A stretch of DNA of 64,000 nt from Takakia lepidozioides (taxonomy: Eukaryota > Plantae > Bryophyta). Positions 49,880-64,000 of the stretch are shown one piece after another; the stretch's first letter is position 1, and the number at the start of each line of letters is the position of its first letter. Below the pieces are notes generated by a model. That model ran no database searches. It saw only the letters and a program-made list of their open reading frames with translations, and was not told the DNA's origin. The stretch covers positions 93,372,001 through 93,436,000 of the forward strand of contig CM060731.1 of assembly GCA_030704615.1 (NCBI GenBank), read 5' to 3'. Position numbers and translations under genes: made by a program.

Positions 49880-50599
49880 ACACGTTACACGATGATTGGT
49901 GGGTACGTGGGACCCAGATGCTCCATTATTGGAGCCCGCACTGCTCTTCTGCTTCTCATCATTTTGAAAATCTAAGGGCTTCGTTGCTGTCCGCAAGGTC
50001 ATTGTCATCAGCATCAAAGACGACCTCAGGTCCTCCTTTGCAAGGATATCGTGCTTCCGGAACCGGGACGACTGCCCTTATGGAGGCTTCGATTATGCAA
50101 TGTATTCGGCCACATCGGGAGACATCGTTATCTGATACACAGTTTACACAGAAGATACTGGTTTGAATGTGGAAACATTGTCCGCTTTTGAGTACATCCC
50201 AGGCCACTATGCCTTCGAGCGGGGTGACGATCTTGGTCTGAGGAGTCCGTGGCTCCTACGCATCCTTGATTCCGATTTTCCCAGCTACGACGGGCACCCA
50301 TACAGAAGAATGCGCACTGCTATGTTGTTGCGTGGAACTGCTGCCAGCGGACGTGGGTGGACTCCATCGGAGAGACGTATACTCCTGAAGGAGTGCGCTC
50401 CTCTTCTCCATTGTATGGGGACATTTGCATTGGTGTGGACGACAAAAACGTGAAGCTTTCCATATTCGATGGTGGTATGATTGAAGGGCACGACATTGTG
50501 GTGAACATCAACAGGGGTGGTGCAATCCAGTTTACCTGGAGGAGCCCGATGACTCATGAGCTAGTTTTCAGAGCATGCGAAGTCCCATTAACAACGTGA
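49880..50599 (+). pseudogene. Unknown protein, paralog 2 (copy 3, disrupted)
   Basis: Homologous to 38558-39271. Confidence 0.6.
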
Positions 50600-51046
50600 C
50601 TTGTATTCAGAAGGCACAGGGCTAAAGATTTGTTTGCACAATCAGCACAGTAGACGTGCTTCAAATGCAATTCATGTGGATAAATAAAAACCTCATTGTG
50701 CCCTCTTTTTGTTCTATTCTGTATCCATCGTTCCCAGAATGCATCATTCCTCATTTCGTTTGGGATTGGGAGTATGGGTGGATTTTGCAAGTGGCTGGTA
50801 GGCTGAAATGGGCCCCCATTGTACAGAGCAGTACCACCCTACCATTCGCGAAACATTGCCTTTCAATATGTAATTCTAAAAAACATTGTCGAACCTCCTT
50901 CATCGAGAGGTCCTTCTCCCCCTATGACCGTGACACCCTGAACCCTATTCTCGCGGACACTCATTTCCGGAAAATAGTCCTGCTCATGTTTTTTTCGACA
51001 CTTACAACTCTGCTCATGGCTCATGGCTCATGAAATAGCAGCCCCC

Positions 51047-53011
51047 ATTGGAGCATGTTGGGGCTTGGAGCGGTGCTCACATGAGGGAAGAGAGTTCGTA
51101 GTGGCTTATGTTAGCCACTCAAACAACGTTGCAGAGTCTAAGTATAGTTCATATGAGGGGGAGTGCTTAGTTGCAGTGTGGGCCGTGGCACACTTCAGAT
51201 GCTATCTATACGACAATCTCTTCACCCTTGTCACGGGATCACCAGCCACTCAAGTGGTTGATGGAGTCAAACAAGCTTACGGGGAAGCTTGCACGGTGGG
51301 CACTTATACTCCAGGAGTATGATTTTCAGGTTGTGCATCGACCGGGTTTGGTCAATAGGGATGCAGATGGATTGAGTCACAATCCATGCACGAGCCAGCA
51401 GGATGACACTGGAGCTCGGTGGCATGGTGAGACGGACGAGGAGATGGTGTCGGGATGGCATGTAGTTTCCTTTTTGTGTATCTTGGCATCGAGAGGTCAG
51501 GTTGGACCTACAACAGGGATGACTATAGATGGAGTGTCTGAGGACCCTGAGGCTAGTGATGAGCTAGGTGGTGCCACAGATATACATGAGGATTCGGTTG
51601 TGTTGGACTACCTCCGCACTGGAGACACGACAACTAGTGTGACTGCCAAGGAGAGGGATTGGATCTTGCAACGAGCCAAGAGGTTCAAATGGGAGGGGAT
51701 ACACCTGCTTCGAGTATGGGAGGATGGTCGGGTGATGATCGTGCCTCATCCAACACAGCGTGCACGGTTAGTGCGGCATGCCCATGAGGAGTTGGGGCAT
51801 TTTGGAGTGCGACTCACTCATAGTCTACTGCAGGGGCAATATTGGTGGTGTGGAATGCACACAGAGGTGCAGCAGTTTGTGGCTAGGTACATGGTGTTTG
51901 ACAGGGTGCGTGCTTCATTCAACGCCCCTACACCACAGTTGCATCCTTTACCCATCATGGGATTGGGCTACAGGTGGAGTCTTGACTTCGCAGGGCCGTT
52001 GCCACTGACAAGCGCCACCACAGATATGTGTTGGTGATGGTGGAGCACTTCTCCAAGTGGATTGAGTTGGTTCCATTGCCTGACAAGGCTAGTGAGGGGG
52101 CTGCGTATGTATTCCTGGATCGTGTGCTTAGTCGATTCGGTGCTCCAGCTGAGGTACTCACGGACCAAGGGAGAGAGTTTTTGGGGGAGTTTTAGGCTTT
52201 GTGTGATAAAGCCTTGATAGACCACAATACCACTTCTCGGGACCATCCTGAGGCCGATGGCTTGGCAGAGAGAGTGTGAAGAGGGATTTGTGCAAGTATG
52301 GTTTGCAAAAGGGACACCTAGGAGATTGGGATCTTCAGGTATCTTGGTTAGCCATGGGCTACAGGTTTAGCAAGCAAGCATCACTTGCCTCCTTCTCACC
52401 ATATTTCCTTCTCTTTGGCCGAAAGCCGGATTTGCCTGCATCTATTCGCAGGGAGGCTGCAGTAGTCCTCAACCTTGATGATCCAGATGTGTGGACACAA
52501 GCATGTGCCCAACGGGCAGAGTTGTTCAAGAAAGTCGTGCCTATGGCTTTTGAGAATATTGCTATTGCCCAACACCAAGACACATTGAGGTATGCCACTA
52601 TACGTGGAGGGGGATATCGGCCAGGTGTTCGGCGTTTCCACCCTGGGGACTATGTGTATCTGCAGCAGACATCGCCTACGACCTTGGATGTCACAGCAGG
52701 GCGTGTGATTCTAAGGGTCAAGGAGGTGTTGCCTTCAGGAGTGTTGATCCTGGAGGGTCGAGCTGGCATGGTATGGAAGGACCATGCGCAATTGTGCGCC
52801 ATGTCACCTTCCACATGTGGATGGGAGGATAGATCCCAACCTTGCAGTGGTACCTACAGGGTTGGGTTGCATGCTATGTGGGCATGCTCGTGGTGCCGCC
52901 ACTATGCTGGTGTGTGATCAATGCTCAAGAGGTTGGCACATGGGATGCTTGACACCACCTCTTGAGAAGGTTCCTGATGGAGATTGGTTATGTCCACACT
53001 ACTTGGGATAG
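51047..53011 (+). pseudogene. Ty3/gypsy pol fragment: RNase H, integrase, C-terminal PHD finger
   Basis: YSSYEGECL..WAVAHFRCYL; DHQPLKWL..KLARWALILQEYDF; HEELGHFG; WSLDFAGP; CMLC..MLVCDQCSRGWHMGCLTPPL..VPDGDWLCP. Confidence 0.9.
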
Positions 53012-55005
53012 TGGCAGTGGATGTGACTAGTGGCAGCTAACAAGACCTGGGAGGCCAAGCTCATAGGAGTCAATACCCGAGATCTTAGGCTCAAGTTCAC
53101 AGGTTGCAAGACGGGGACTAACGATGGGGCAACTCTTGTACCCGGCCTCTTGATCTATCGACTTTGAGTGTAGTAGGGACAGTGGTGGAGGACTTAGTGA
53201 AGCTATGGCCACTATCACATCTTGTGGCTACCTGGACTTAGAGGGACCTATGGTCTCAACATCAATCCACTGTGTATCACTGGAATCATATTTGAACTTC
53301 AAGTGACATCTACTTTTAGAGGACCAATTCAAAAACATCATAATCGAAGGACCCCCAGATTTGGGTAGAGCAGGCTTATTCATCAAATAAGCATGATGAA
53401 TGAATGAAGTTTTGAGAAGATTTCATCCTGATGGATTAGAGTTGGATGAAATATGAGAAACTTCACAATGATGGATATATTATACTGTAGATAAAACCCT
53501 TTATCACATTAATTTTTTAAGTAAAACTCTGGATTTTTTGTGACCATGTTTAAAAAAAAACTGGGTGAAATGATATTGTTCTACCATATTTTCTAAGTAA
53601 AACTTTTCTAAAATTTACCTCAAAAAAATAAACTACACCCTATATTTGTTCTTACACGGGGAGTGACCCCCCCAAGGGGATATGGTGGTTACGTTCGCCT
53701 CCACTATGCACCTACAACACAACAAGTCCAGCATGTTCTTTCGTGTCATTCCTCGGTGGAGGGAGAACCCCCTCATTCATGACGTGCGGTTGTGGCGATG
53801 GGACATGGAGACACAGAGCTGGAAGAAAGGGCTGGGAGTGGAGACAACCACCGTACCAAAGTACGATTGGGACTTCAAGGATATTGATTGGCTGTCCGAG
53901 TGATGGTGTTTCCAAGTATTGCGTGGATGGTGTCCACCATGCCTTGGTTAGGTTCATGTAGCAAGTCATGTGAAGATGACATTGTCGTTTTCATTTCCTG
54001 TATTGCAAGTGCGCCTGATAATTTGATGCAAATTTATATGGAAGGTTGTTTGGTACATGCATGCGGGTGATCTCCACTGCAGATAATTTCACTTTTGTTG
54101 TGCAGCTCATGATTCATGTATGTAAATTCCTCCATATATGTATTGTGGCAAATACATACATGAAACTGGGCCTGTTTCATACATACGAACTATGGCAACT
54201 ACTCGTCTTTCAGTATTTGGATACTAACATACACTGAAAGGACAGGAAATGTTAAGAGGAATCCGTAATCATTCAATAAAATTGTATGGACATATGATTC
54301 TTCTACTATTGCAATGAGTTACAACCCTACAACTCATGTAATGACAGTAGGGGGCCTTCGTCATGCGTTCAGATCCTGTTGCCTTAATTGGCCAGTCATC
54401 CGATGGTACAGACCCGATTGCGAGTCATGTACGTATCTCACATGATATAGAGAGTAAGGGTGTTAACTTTAAATACATGTAGTGCAGCGATTTATGAATT
54501 CTTGGCCATCTGCATTGCATGGATGTACAGCGAAATCCACTCATTGTTCATTATATGGCACTTTGCAGAGTGGCATGCCACTTTGCGATACGGTTTTGGA
54601 CGTTCGGAGAATGGGAGAACCCAAGTGTTACCGTAAGTGACTTCAAATGAGATTCCTTCTCTATACACACCATGAAAGTCATGTCGCCTTCAGGCACATT
54701 TCTTCATACAGACCAATGGAATGAGTACAATATGGTATTGCAATTGCAGTCGTTACAGTCGTCGCATGCAAATGGGAGGTTGGAGTATTACATCCTACCA
54801 TGCAGCACTGTCCTTTAATGTGAAGTCCCAAACATAAAGAGAGAATTTCATAAGGTTTCTGTTCCTTTATTTGTGAATCACATTATAGGGCACATGAGGG
54901 TGTGAATTCATCATCACACAACAATAGAGAGGAGACTACAGATGAACAGTTTACAACAACAGTCCAACTTGTGTCATAATGACACATGGAAGCTATTCCT
55001 GAGGC

Positions 55006-55385
55006 CTACACTGACAACATGAAAAGAGGAGTGTCATCCCCGTCAGGTACGGCACTCTTCACAACATAGGGCGGCGCATGTGGAGTAAGGTCTTTCAACT
55101 CCATTTCCACCAGACGATGCATTTCGACCCTCTTCTGCAAAGCATCCTCCAAGGGAAACCATGTGTTGTCCAACTGCACAGTGCAAATGAGCATGTAAAC
55201 AATCAGGAAAACATGGGTCACAACAAAATATAACATAGACAGTTTGTACATGACGGGGTGCCCAAGACTGGTACATACCAAACCCAGCCCCATTCGGACG
55301 AGGGTTCACAAATGTTTGATCGAGATAGAGGTCAATGTAGTGGGTGCAAAATGATCCACACTCCCAGGTGGAATCCTGCTGGGTG
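55006..55385 (-). pseudogene. Ulp1-like (peptidase C48) C-terminal fragment, probably CACTA cargo
   Basis: Manual translation gives TQQDSTWECGSFCTHY (Q..CG catalytic motif), followed by WFPLEDALQKRVEMHRLV. Confidence 0.55.
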
Positions 55386-55439
55386 TAGATGCATAAATAA
55401 GTATATTTTTATTTTCTGATCATGTTTTATCTTCAGCTA

Positions 55440-56825
55440 GGCAGTAGAGATGAGGAGAAGCTTTGGAATGAATACATTTCCGATCCCAGTCAATAGTGGA
55501 ACAATCAAGGCAAAAAGGTGAATGCCTGTTGGAAGCAGACACAAGTCAACATAGGAACTACTGTGATAAGTAGGGTTCGGGTGTTTGCTGGAACAAATCT
55601 AGGCTGTCATTGTCATGCTAGCAGTAAGCCAATGTAGCAGCAAGGATGTATGCATGATTTGTGCAGAGGCATGGACAGCTGAAGGAGCAAGGATAGAGTG
55701 GGGGTCCAGATTCATCCAAGAGGGCCGGATTCAAGCTCCAAATTACCTATGATTCCCTGTGGAAGGATAGGTACAAGATGGTCAACTGGAAGCCGCAGCA
55801 GCAGCGGCACAATTGATAAAATCAGTCAGTGGTAATCAAGACACCTTCTTCAACACATTTCACCCTGTTTTTCCCTCTTATCAGAATCGGCCCTAAATTT
55901 TCATGTTGAATTTTGCAAGTTAGCTGGTTGAGTGAACCTTTGATAGTTTGGAGTGACTGACATAATACTGCCAATGTGACAACATGAAAGTATCCAGAAA
56001 CAAGTAACAGAGACGAGGAGAAGCTGTGGAATGAATACTTTTCTGACCCCAATTAATGGTGGGACAATCGAGGCAAAAAGGTGAATGTCTGTTGGATTAC
56101 AGAGAGTAGCAGATGCAATTGAGCATATGAACTAGTGTGATAAGTTGAGTTGGGTGTTTCCTAGAAAAAATCTAGGCTGTCATTGTCAGCTGCTAGCAGC
56201 AAGCCAAGGATGTATGCATGATTCGTGAAGAGGCATGGATAGCTGAAGGAGCAGGGATAGAGTGTGGGTCCAGATTCATCCAAGAGGGCCAGACTTCAAG
56301 CTCCATATTACCTACGATTCCCTTTGAATCAATAGCAACAAGAAACCTGCATGGGTAGATGGTCAACTGGCAGCAGCGGCACAATTGATAAAATCAAGCA
56401 CCGCTAATGAAGGCATCTTCTTCAACCCATTTTTTTTTCCCTCTTATCAGAATCGGCCCTAAATTTCCATGTTGAATAAGTTAGCTGGTTGAGTGAATCT
56501 AGTTTGGAGTGATTTTGACATGACACTGCCAATGTGACATCAGGAAAGTATCAAAAAACAGGTAATAGAGATGAGGAGAAGCTGTGGAATGACTACTTTT
56601 CTAACCCCAGTCAATGATGGGACAACCGAGGCAAAAATGTGAATGTCTGTTACATTACAGAGAGTAGCAGACGCAATTCAGCATAGGAACTAGTGTGATA
56701 AGCTGAGTTGTGTGTTTCCTAGAACAAATATAGGCTGTCATTGTCAGTTGCTAGCAGCAAGGCAAGGATGAATGCATGATTTTGTGCAGAGGCATGGATA
56801 GCTGAAGAAGCAGAGATAGAGTGTG
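55440..56825. repeat. ~2.5 copies of a ~560-bp tandem repeat
   Basis: GAGGAGAAGCT(G/T)TGGAATGA at ~55451, 56015, 56573. Confidence 0.85.
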
Positions 56826-56989
56826 GCAGCTTACCTGCACAAGGACTTGACCCTTAGGCAATCCCCTAAGCAGTAGTTGCTTTTGGGCTGCTTTTTTACT
56901 TTGGTCTTGTCTCATCTCTCTTGTTTTTTTCATTTTGTCCCATAAGCTCTTTGAGCTTTCCGCGGACGTTATAAAATACCATTTTGTTT

Positions 56990-57700
56990 CATTTCTCACT
57001 GGTTTATACAGTATTAATTCCTAACTACAACACTTGTTGGTAATTAACCATACTCAATAGTTAAGTTTATATTCAGATATGGCCACTACAAGGTAATAAG
57101 TACAACCCAACTACTACACGTCAACCGGGTTGGTATTTATAAGCAATTTATTTTACTACACAGTTAAAATATTTCCCTATAGTATACAGTAAAAGGAGTA
57201 ACCCAAATCCTAACAATATAGTAGTAAAATTAACTATTTGATATATCTGTTTCACTATACAGTGAAAGTGATTACACAATCATCCACTATATAGTAATTT
57301 CTTCAACTACAAGTATGTCCACATGTATTGGTATAGTGCCACGGTTTAATACACGTCATAGTAAAATTGAAATCATGACCTGAATTCACAACTCCATAGT
57401 AGTAAAATGAACTACTAGGTGTCTACTAGGTTTCTATTGTCAACTACACGTGTAATGGTATAGTGGCACGTTAGTACACGTCATAGTGAAACTTCTCACT
57501 GTATTGGTATAGTGAAACATTTCACTGCCCGACCTCTTACTCGAAAAAAAATAGTGGGCTCCACCATAGTGAAAGTTGTTTCACTGCATGCCTGTTTTGA
57601 CTCGCCTAATACGACTTATGGAGGGTGTAGTAAAACATGCCTGAAACGACTATGAAAATAGTGAAACAAATAGTCGAAAAAACCACATCTTGTTGTAGTG
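56990..57700 (-). mobile_element. CACTA (EnSpm) transposon end with subterminal repeats
   Basis: Ends TTGTTGTAGTG (reverse complement CACTACAACAA) at 57700; many ACTAC/CACTAT/ATAGTG subterminal motifs. Confidence 0.6.
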
Positions 57701-58499
57701 CACTGACCCTTTTCCCTCCCATACTGCCGCTAGTGTATATGCGAGACGAAGCTGAAAAGAGAGAGATAGAGAGGCAGAGAGATAGTTACATCATCTTTCA
57801 ATACCTCACAACGTGTCGTCTGCTGATTGCAATGCACCTCGGATGGATTGGGAACCGCTTGACTTGCCTGTCGGCCTCTTGGACATGTGAATCCCAAGGC
57901 TTCTTGGCCTGGAGGCCTTGGCGGGCTCAGAATCGCCTCTCCCAGGCGATTTCATATTAAAGGCGAATGAGATACAGGAGGTCATGGAGTGGGTCTCTTT
58001 TTATGAGTTAGCGACATAATCTTTGGCGAAATCCACCACATCGTCGTTCAGTTCCGTTTCTACGCTGTTCCTGGTACGCGATGGGGATCGAAGATGCTGC
58101 CAGGTCTTGACCCCGACACCAAGAACGACCACTTCCTCATTGTCACCCTCTTTCACTGGGTGGTGGACAAATGGATTGACACGAAGATCCTTGAACGAAT
58201 GCCAGACGACGGACATGTCAACGAATTGGCGGTGTCGAGGCCTTGGACCTCACATGCTACCCAACCTCTCGTTGGAAAGCTCTCGACGAGGAGGGGTGCA
58301 CGGGCTTGGTCTGATGATTTTTGGACATGCGGTGTGGGAGATGTCGAATTCCAAATACTTTTGGTCGCTGGAAATTCACAAAAAATAGCAAAAATGGGAC
58401 AATGGTTGGAGCCTCGATGGGAGAGATATCAAGGGAAAGGTCTCCGGTTCAAATCTGGTCGTGGGCTCTCTAAAAAAAAAAAAAAAACTGATTAGATAT

Positions 58500-58985
58500 G
58501 GGATTGCACTTGGACCTAGATGACACTGGACACTTGGGCCTGTACATGGGAGATGCACTTGGATACATGAATAGAAGATTGCACTTGGGCTTAGATTTCA
58601 ATTCTTCACACATGGGCCATTGACATAGGCCACACTAGAGGTCGCACTTGGGCCTCGACATAGGAGACCCACTTGGGTACATAAGAAATTGCACTTGGGC
58701 TTAGATTTCAATTCTTCACACATGGACCTTGACATAGGAGACGCTACTTGAATACATAGGGGATTGCACTTGGACTTAGATTTCAATTCTTAACACATGG
58801 GCCAATGGCGTAGGGTACCCTAGGCCTAGATCTCCCAAACAGGAGGGTCACTAGATACATAGGGGATTGCACACTGGGCTTAGATGGGCCTCGACATAAG
58901 AGACGCACGTGGAGACGCCAAAGTTGGATGCATAGGAGATTGTACTTGGGCGTAGATGACATTGGACACTTGGGCCAACGACACA
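58500..58985. repeat. Degenerate minisatellite (TTGCACTTGGGCTTAGATTTCAATTCTT)
   Basis: Recurring units at ~58578, 58688, 58764. Confidence 0.75.
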
Positions 58986-60172
58986 TGCTATCCTAGTCAA
59001 TATATGAAGCGAGACGTTTGTTTTGTTTTGTTTTGTTTTGTTTTGTCACGTTGAGATGTCCCAAACCGCGAGGCCCCAGCGCTGGTGCTTGAAGTGCAAC
59101 AGGGCCAGTAACCATAAAACATGGAAAAAACAGACTTCAAAAAAGGATGTTTTCATTTCTCAAATCAAGGTTGCGTCAACGCAAGGTTGATTTGCATCAA
59201 CACCTAGAGAAAAAAAAAAAAAAAAAAAAAAAAAACCCTGAAAAACTTAAAAACTTAAAAAACAATTAAAAAAAAAATTCTTTCATTTCTCAAATCAAGG
59301 TTGTGTCAATGCAAGGTTGATTTGCACCCCCCCCCCCCAGTTTTAAAAAATAAAAATAAAAATGAGTGTTGTCGGTGTATGTTATGTCATCAATCGTGTT
59401 GTGCGTGCGTCTGTCATTTGTTGCACTCGTTCCTCTATCTCATTCGTTCATTTGCGAACACAAAAAGTGACATTCAGATGATCAAATCCCACGGTTATAG
59501 GCCCCACGCTTATAGGCCCCCCATCATTTTGGTGACGTGGCGAGACCTTGGGTGTGCTCACGCCACGTTAGCACGAGCTCCACGTCAGTGGCTGTGAGCG
59601 TACGCTCACGCCACATCATCATTGTGTGAGCGTACGCTCATACGCGACGCTCATGCCGTAACGTCGTTGCCGCACAAGGGCTGAGGTCTGAATTTCAGTT
59701 GCAACTTGAAGAGAGCAGGAGACAGAGGCAGGCGGCCCAGGCAAGAATTACCCAATGGGATTTTTGTGGTCCAGATAGCACAAACAAAGGAGGCTCGCAG
59801 AACTGCTATAAGAGCCGAAGCACGGACGACTGAGGCACATCAAATGGTCTAATGAATCCGAGCCCAGGAGGAACAACGATGAACAAAAATTCAGAATCAG
59901 ATTACTGCCCTGGATAACGCCATAAGGGAGGCCCATGAACGACTAACTCAAACTGTTGAGTGTTACAACCAAGATAAGAATGTTTGGTTGTAGGAGAAGC
60001 AGAGCTTGGAAGCACAAATTCAGCAGGTGCAAGAGAGCAATAAGGGGTACAACAGGTTGTGGTACCATATATTACCGCTACATACATATCGTGCACCTAA
60101 GCATCGTGCCACAACATACATCGCTGTCCACCACACATTCTAAGTACACAATCCTAGAAAGATATGTCACAA

Positions 60173-60580
60173 TGTGATAAAAAATGAAAAATGGGAGAAG
60201 TGAAAGACAATGAAAACTTTCAAAGCATGAAGCACTCACACTAAGAACAAACCCTAGTCCTTCCAAGTGAAATCCACTCTATCACATAAACAAAGTCAAG
60301 CCAAGGGCAGATTTGCTAAACGAATACAAAGCCCTTAACACACTCCCACTCAATACCTAGAGCTACGGAGGTGAGAGAGGTTCATTTAGGCTCAACTACA
60401 AGAAGATGAGCCCTCCTCAACCCTCACAAAGGGAAAACCCATTCTCATGTCCCAAGTGAGGTTTGACACCTCACTTGACATATGAGACCAAATGAAGTCC
60501 CAACACACAAAATACAAATATAATATCCAAAATGTCCTAATTAACTAGAAGTAGATAATTTTAGTTAACCATGACTAACA
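60173..60580. mobile_element. Possible solo/partial LTR
   Basis: TG..CA bounded; shares blocks with 14770-14960; no clean TSD. Confidence 0.35.
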
Positions 60581-61749
60581 CCACACATTAGGTGCATGAC
60601 ATCTGTCGTTCACCTAACATCGTGCCACAACACACATCGCTGTCCACCACACATTCTAAGTACACAATCCTAGAAAGATATGCCACAATCGCCCCCCTAG
60701 CTGGTGATTAAGTCCCTCTAACACCGGATAGCCGACAAGTACTGATCCAAATTGGATCATCGTTTGGTCTTCAACCGCACATGCCCCAATTTCTAAAGGC
60801 TATGGATCAAGAGGCCGGGTGCAAGGAGAGCCTCGTCGTTAGTCGTCTGCCTGCAATCCATGATCTACAATTGAGTATCCATGTGGCGTTGAGCTCCCAC
60901 TAGCTAGATCCTAGATCACTTGTCAACCGGATAAATGCACAGATGGGTGGACCAAAAACTGTGTAACATGCAGTTTCTGCAATGACCTCCCTCCATGGTT
61001 TTACCCATATTTGTCCAACAACTCAATATTTCATCTAAATTTATATGTGATAGGGTTTCTAACTATAATAGGCATGTGTACCAATTGTTAGATTGCAAAA
61101 ACAATCATGTACCATAAAGCTATGGACTTTTAAAGTTGATTACTATGGACTGCAGATGTTACACATTAAATCTTATGGACTAAAAAAACATCATCTACAC
61201 TCATATAATGGCACAAATGCAAACATATTAGGGGTGCCATTTCTAAAACCAACCCAAATCCACTTTTATTTGGACTAGTTACCTTAGGAATTGAGAGCTA
61301 TAGACTATTTTATACCTTAAAAACAAATTGTCCATTGCATATTATGTTTTGGGTTTTTGGGGTGTCATCTTTTAGCAAAAGGCATACAAACCTATAATTT
61401 ACAATGGCCAGGTGGTATCTGGACAAGTGGTTGTAAACTCTAAATTTTGACTTCAAATTAAAATATCTAGTAAATAATGTCTTCAATATTTTGGGGGGGG
61501 GGGGACTCTTTACTAGAATTGTTTGTTATACTACTATCTATTTTTATGAAAATAAACTAACAAAATTGGCTCAAGAAATATTTTTTTCCATGGACTTCCA
61601 TTGACTCAACATCTGCCATTTCTGGTATGGCAGGACCAGGAGTCCTCCATTCATCCAGACGCTCATGGAAACGTGTACGGATGGTGCAGGCAGGGTCCTC
61701 CATCCATTCATGCAAATGCCCAACCTCACCATCGTCATGACCATTACCT

Positions 61750-62628
61750 CTATCCAAAGCATTGTGGACACAACCATTCTCCGCTAGGAACCTCCTCAAG
61801 TGGTGATGCTAAGCATCTTATGTGCCACCCCCTTGAGGATTTGTCACACACTAACATGATTGCGGCACCACTAGCATGCCCACATAGCATGCAACGCAAC
61901 CCTGCAGGTATCACTGCAAAGTTGGGATCTATCATCCTATCCACATGTGGAAGGTGACATGGCGCACAATTGCGTACATGGTCCTTCCACACCATGCCAT
62001 CTCAACCCTCTAGAGTCAACACTCCTGAGGGCAACACCTTTCGTACCCGTAGAATCATATCGTGCTGTGACATCCAAGGTCATTGGTGCTGTCTGTTGCA
62101 GATACACATAGTCCCCAGGACTGAATCTCCGAACCCCCGGTCGATATCCTTCTCCACGAATAGTGACATATCTCAATGTGTCTCGGTGTTGGGCAATAGC
62201 AAGGTTCTCAAAAACCATAGGCATGACTCTCTTGAACAACTCTGCCCGCTGGTCACACGCTTGTGTCCACACATCTGGATCATCAAGGTTGAGGACTACT
62301 GCAGCCTCCTTGCGAATAGATGCAGGCAAATTTGGCTCTCGGCCAAAGATAATGAAATAAGGCGAGAACGAGGCAAGTGATGCTTGCTTGCTAAACCTGA
62401 GCCCATGACCAACCAAGGTAGCTGAAGGTCCCAATTTCCCAAGTGTCCCTTCTGCAAACCATACTTGCGCAAGCCCCTCTTGACTGTTTGCACAACCCTC
62501 TCTGCTAAGCCATCAGCCTCGGGATGATTCCGAGAAGTAGTACGGTAATCTATCAAGGCTTGCTTACACAAAGCCTGAAATTCCCCAAGAACTCCCTCCC
62601 CTAGTCCGTGAGTACCTTGGCTGGAGGG
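61750..62628 (-). pseudogene. Second gypsy integrase + PHD fragment
   Basis: Colinear (inverted) with 52140-53011. Confidence 0.9.
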
Positions 62629-62927
62629 CTATGATATAAGTCAGTACCTAACCATCTTACCCTCCCAGTACAAGCTACTTGGTGTATTTTAATAATACTC
62701 TTCTCTAATCCCCATTCTGGTTCTGCTGCATATACTATCTTAATTATATTTTTCATCCATTTGGCAAATCAATAAATCTATGAAAAAACTCCTTGGCTAA
62801 AACCTGTTCCTCATTTTCGCAGGTAATTTGATTTGGATCAAATCCTTTCAATGTCCATCCTCCATGATCCCACCAGATGTTAGTCACATCCACAAATTCC
62901 TCAAGATTTTTTTCAAGATCCCCAGTA

Positions 62928-62940
62928 TGGTCGCCAAATG
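62928..62940 (-). other. PBS-like motif adjoining an LTR 3' boundary
   Basis: TGGTCGCCAAA|TG, same arrangement as at 42859-42871. Confidence 0.4.
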
Positions 62941-64000
62941 TTGAACGGTTTTTATGCACCCATCCCTTAGCCAATCTTGGTAGGTATTCTAGATGGGAGG
63001 TATTGGAATACTCTAAGTATTCTTGCCGTTCAGAATCGGTAGACATGACTTATTGCAGATGGTATCACGACGGATTAGTGATGCACAATCTCTCTGGATA
63101 TAACAAGGCTTCATGGCTTAGTGAACTTGGTTATCCTTTACGTAGATAGGGTGGTTCTCCTTGACGAAGATAATACATTGATTATGTGTAAGGGTCTTGA
63201 TTGGCTCCTGCAGCTACAAATCTCTACTTAGTTATTCCTTAGTGTTGATGTTCGTATTCAGGTACAGTCCTAAGTGTGGGATCTCAACATATCCTTTAAT
63301 TATAATCCTCTTTAAGTAACATAAGCATTCACATTACTTAAGCATCCATATTACCAAGCTTAAAGACACATACAGTGGTTCCGAATAAGCATCATCATCT
63401 TTATCAGCTCATAACAGCAATTACAAGGTCCTCTCCCTCATCACGCTCTGTCTAAGTTCAATACACTCTCGAAGAGAGTCCAGGCTGTGTGGAGGAGGCT
63501 AGGCTCTCTAGACCATGCACTTGGAAGGAGTGAATTTGGTAATATTTGCAAAATCAGGTTTCTATTGAGCCTTTTTGCCGGGTACCCGGTGTATGTATGA
63601 TGCATGGACATGATGAACATGAGCATGAGCTGTTATGGGGGCGAAGCAGGGTGACCCTTGCAATCTGCAGAGCGACCCGACCTGCGAGTGCATTCTCACC
63701 GCTGCTTGTCTGTGTTGGGCTCTGTCAAATCCACGCTGCGGAGCTCTGCGCTGCCCGCCATGTCAGCAGGTGTAGTGACACCCGCATGTGTGCAGCGTGC
63801 CTCCTTTCCGTGTTTGGGGTCGCGATACAGCCCATCTTTTCTCCCTCCTTTCAGACGAGGTCATTCCTTAGCGTGGAGGAATTCACTGGGCAGTGCATCT
63901 CTCGTTGTGGGCTTGGCAGAGAAGCTGAGAAACAATGTTTCCAAGCACACCGGTAGCGTGGTTTCGAAGGCCAGCAGGGCGGCTGCTGTTGCAGAATCAG

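Larger units (their letters stand above)
45889..51046. mobile_element. Subfamily B copy 3, left-truncated, right terminus intact
   Basis: Colinear with 35245-39734; ends GCTCATGAAATAGCAGCCCCC. Confidence 0.9.

Noticed and set aside
58023-58495. Short ORFs next to the CACTA end, and 62753-63956 ORFs
   Set aside because: No recognisable motif or second copy to support coding status

Overview
Eukaryotic, repeat-rich land-plant DNA (spliceosomal introns, a PLS/E-class PPR fragment, PHD-bearing Ty3/gypsy elements; probably a bryophyte or other seed-free plant, by inference). It is a nest of transposons with no intact host gene. The dominant feature is four copies, in two subfamilies, of a large (12-15 kb) DNA transposon. 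Subfamily A lies at 229-~12730. Subfamily B comprises an apparently complete copy at 16720-31870, nested inside an older B copy (15015-16719 + 31871-39734), plus a truncated copy at 45889-51046. Elements A and B1 encode, head to head, (i) a Mutator-like (MULE) DDE transposase with an N-terminal GCM/WRKY-like Zn region and a C-terminal SWIM finger and (ii) a multi-exon protein fusing a ParB/Srx-like domain (WDGNHRLLAW) to a beta-class N4C/N6A DNA-methyltransferase-like domain (D-I-P-D-G ... LDLxCGTG). The two genes are separated by kb-scale arrays of a subfamily-specific perfect 22-bp palindrome (A: GGAAATTCGGCGCCGAATTTCC; B: GGAAATGCGGCGCCGCATTTCC), which also recurs in introns. Subfamily B also carries a divergent pair of paralogous unknown genes. 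Ends are asymmetric, with subterminal CATGAGC repeats and no evident TSD. The rest of the window is gypsy/copia fragments, a CACTA end with a Ulp1-like fragment, and minisatellites. All domain calls are by-eye motif recognition, not database searches. Many 1-bp frameshifts may be decay or long-read error.
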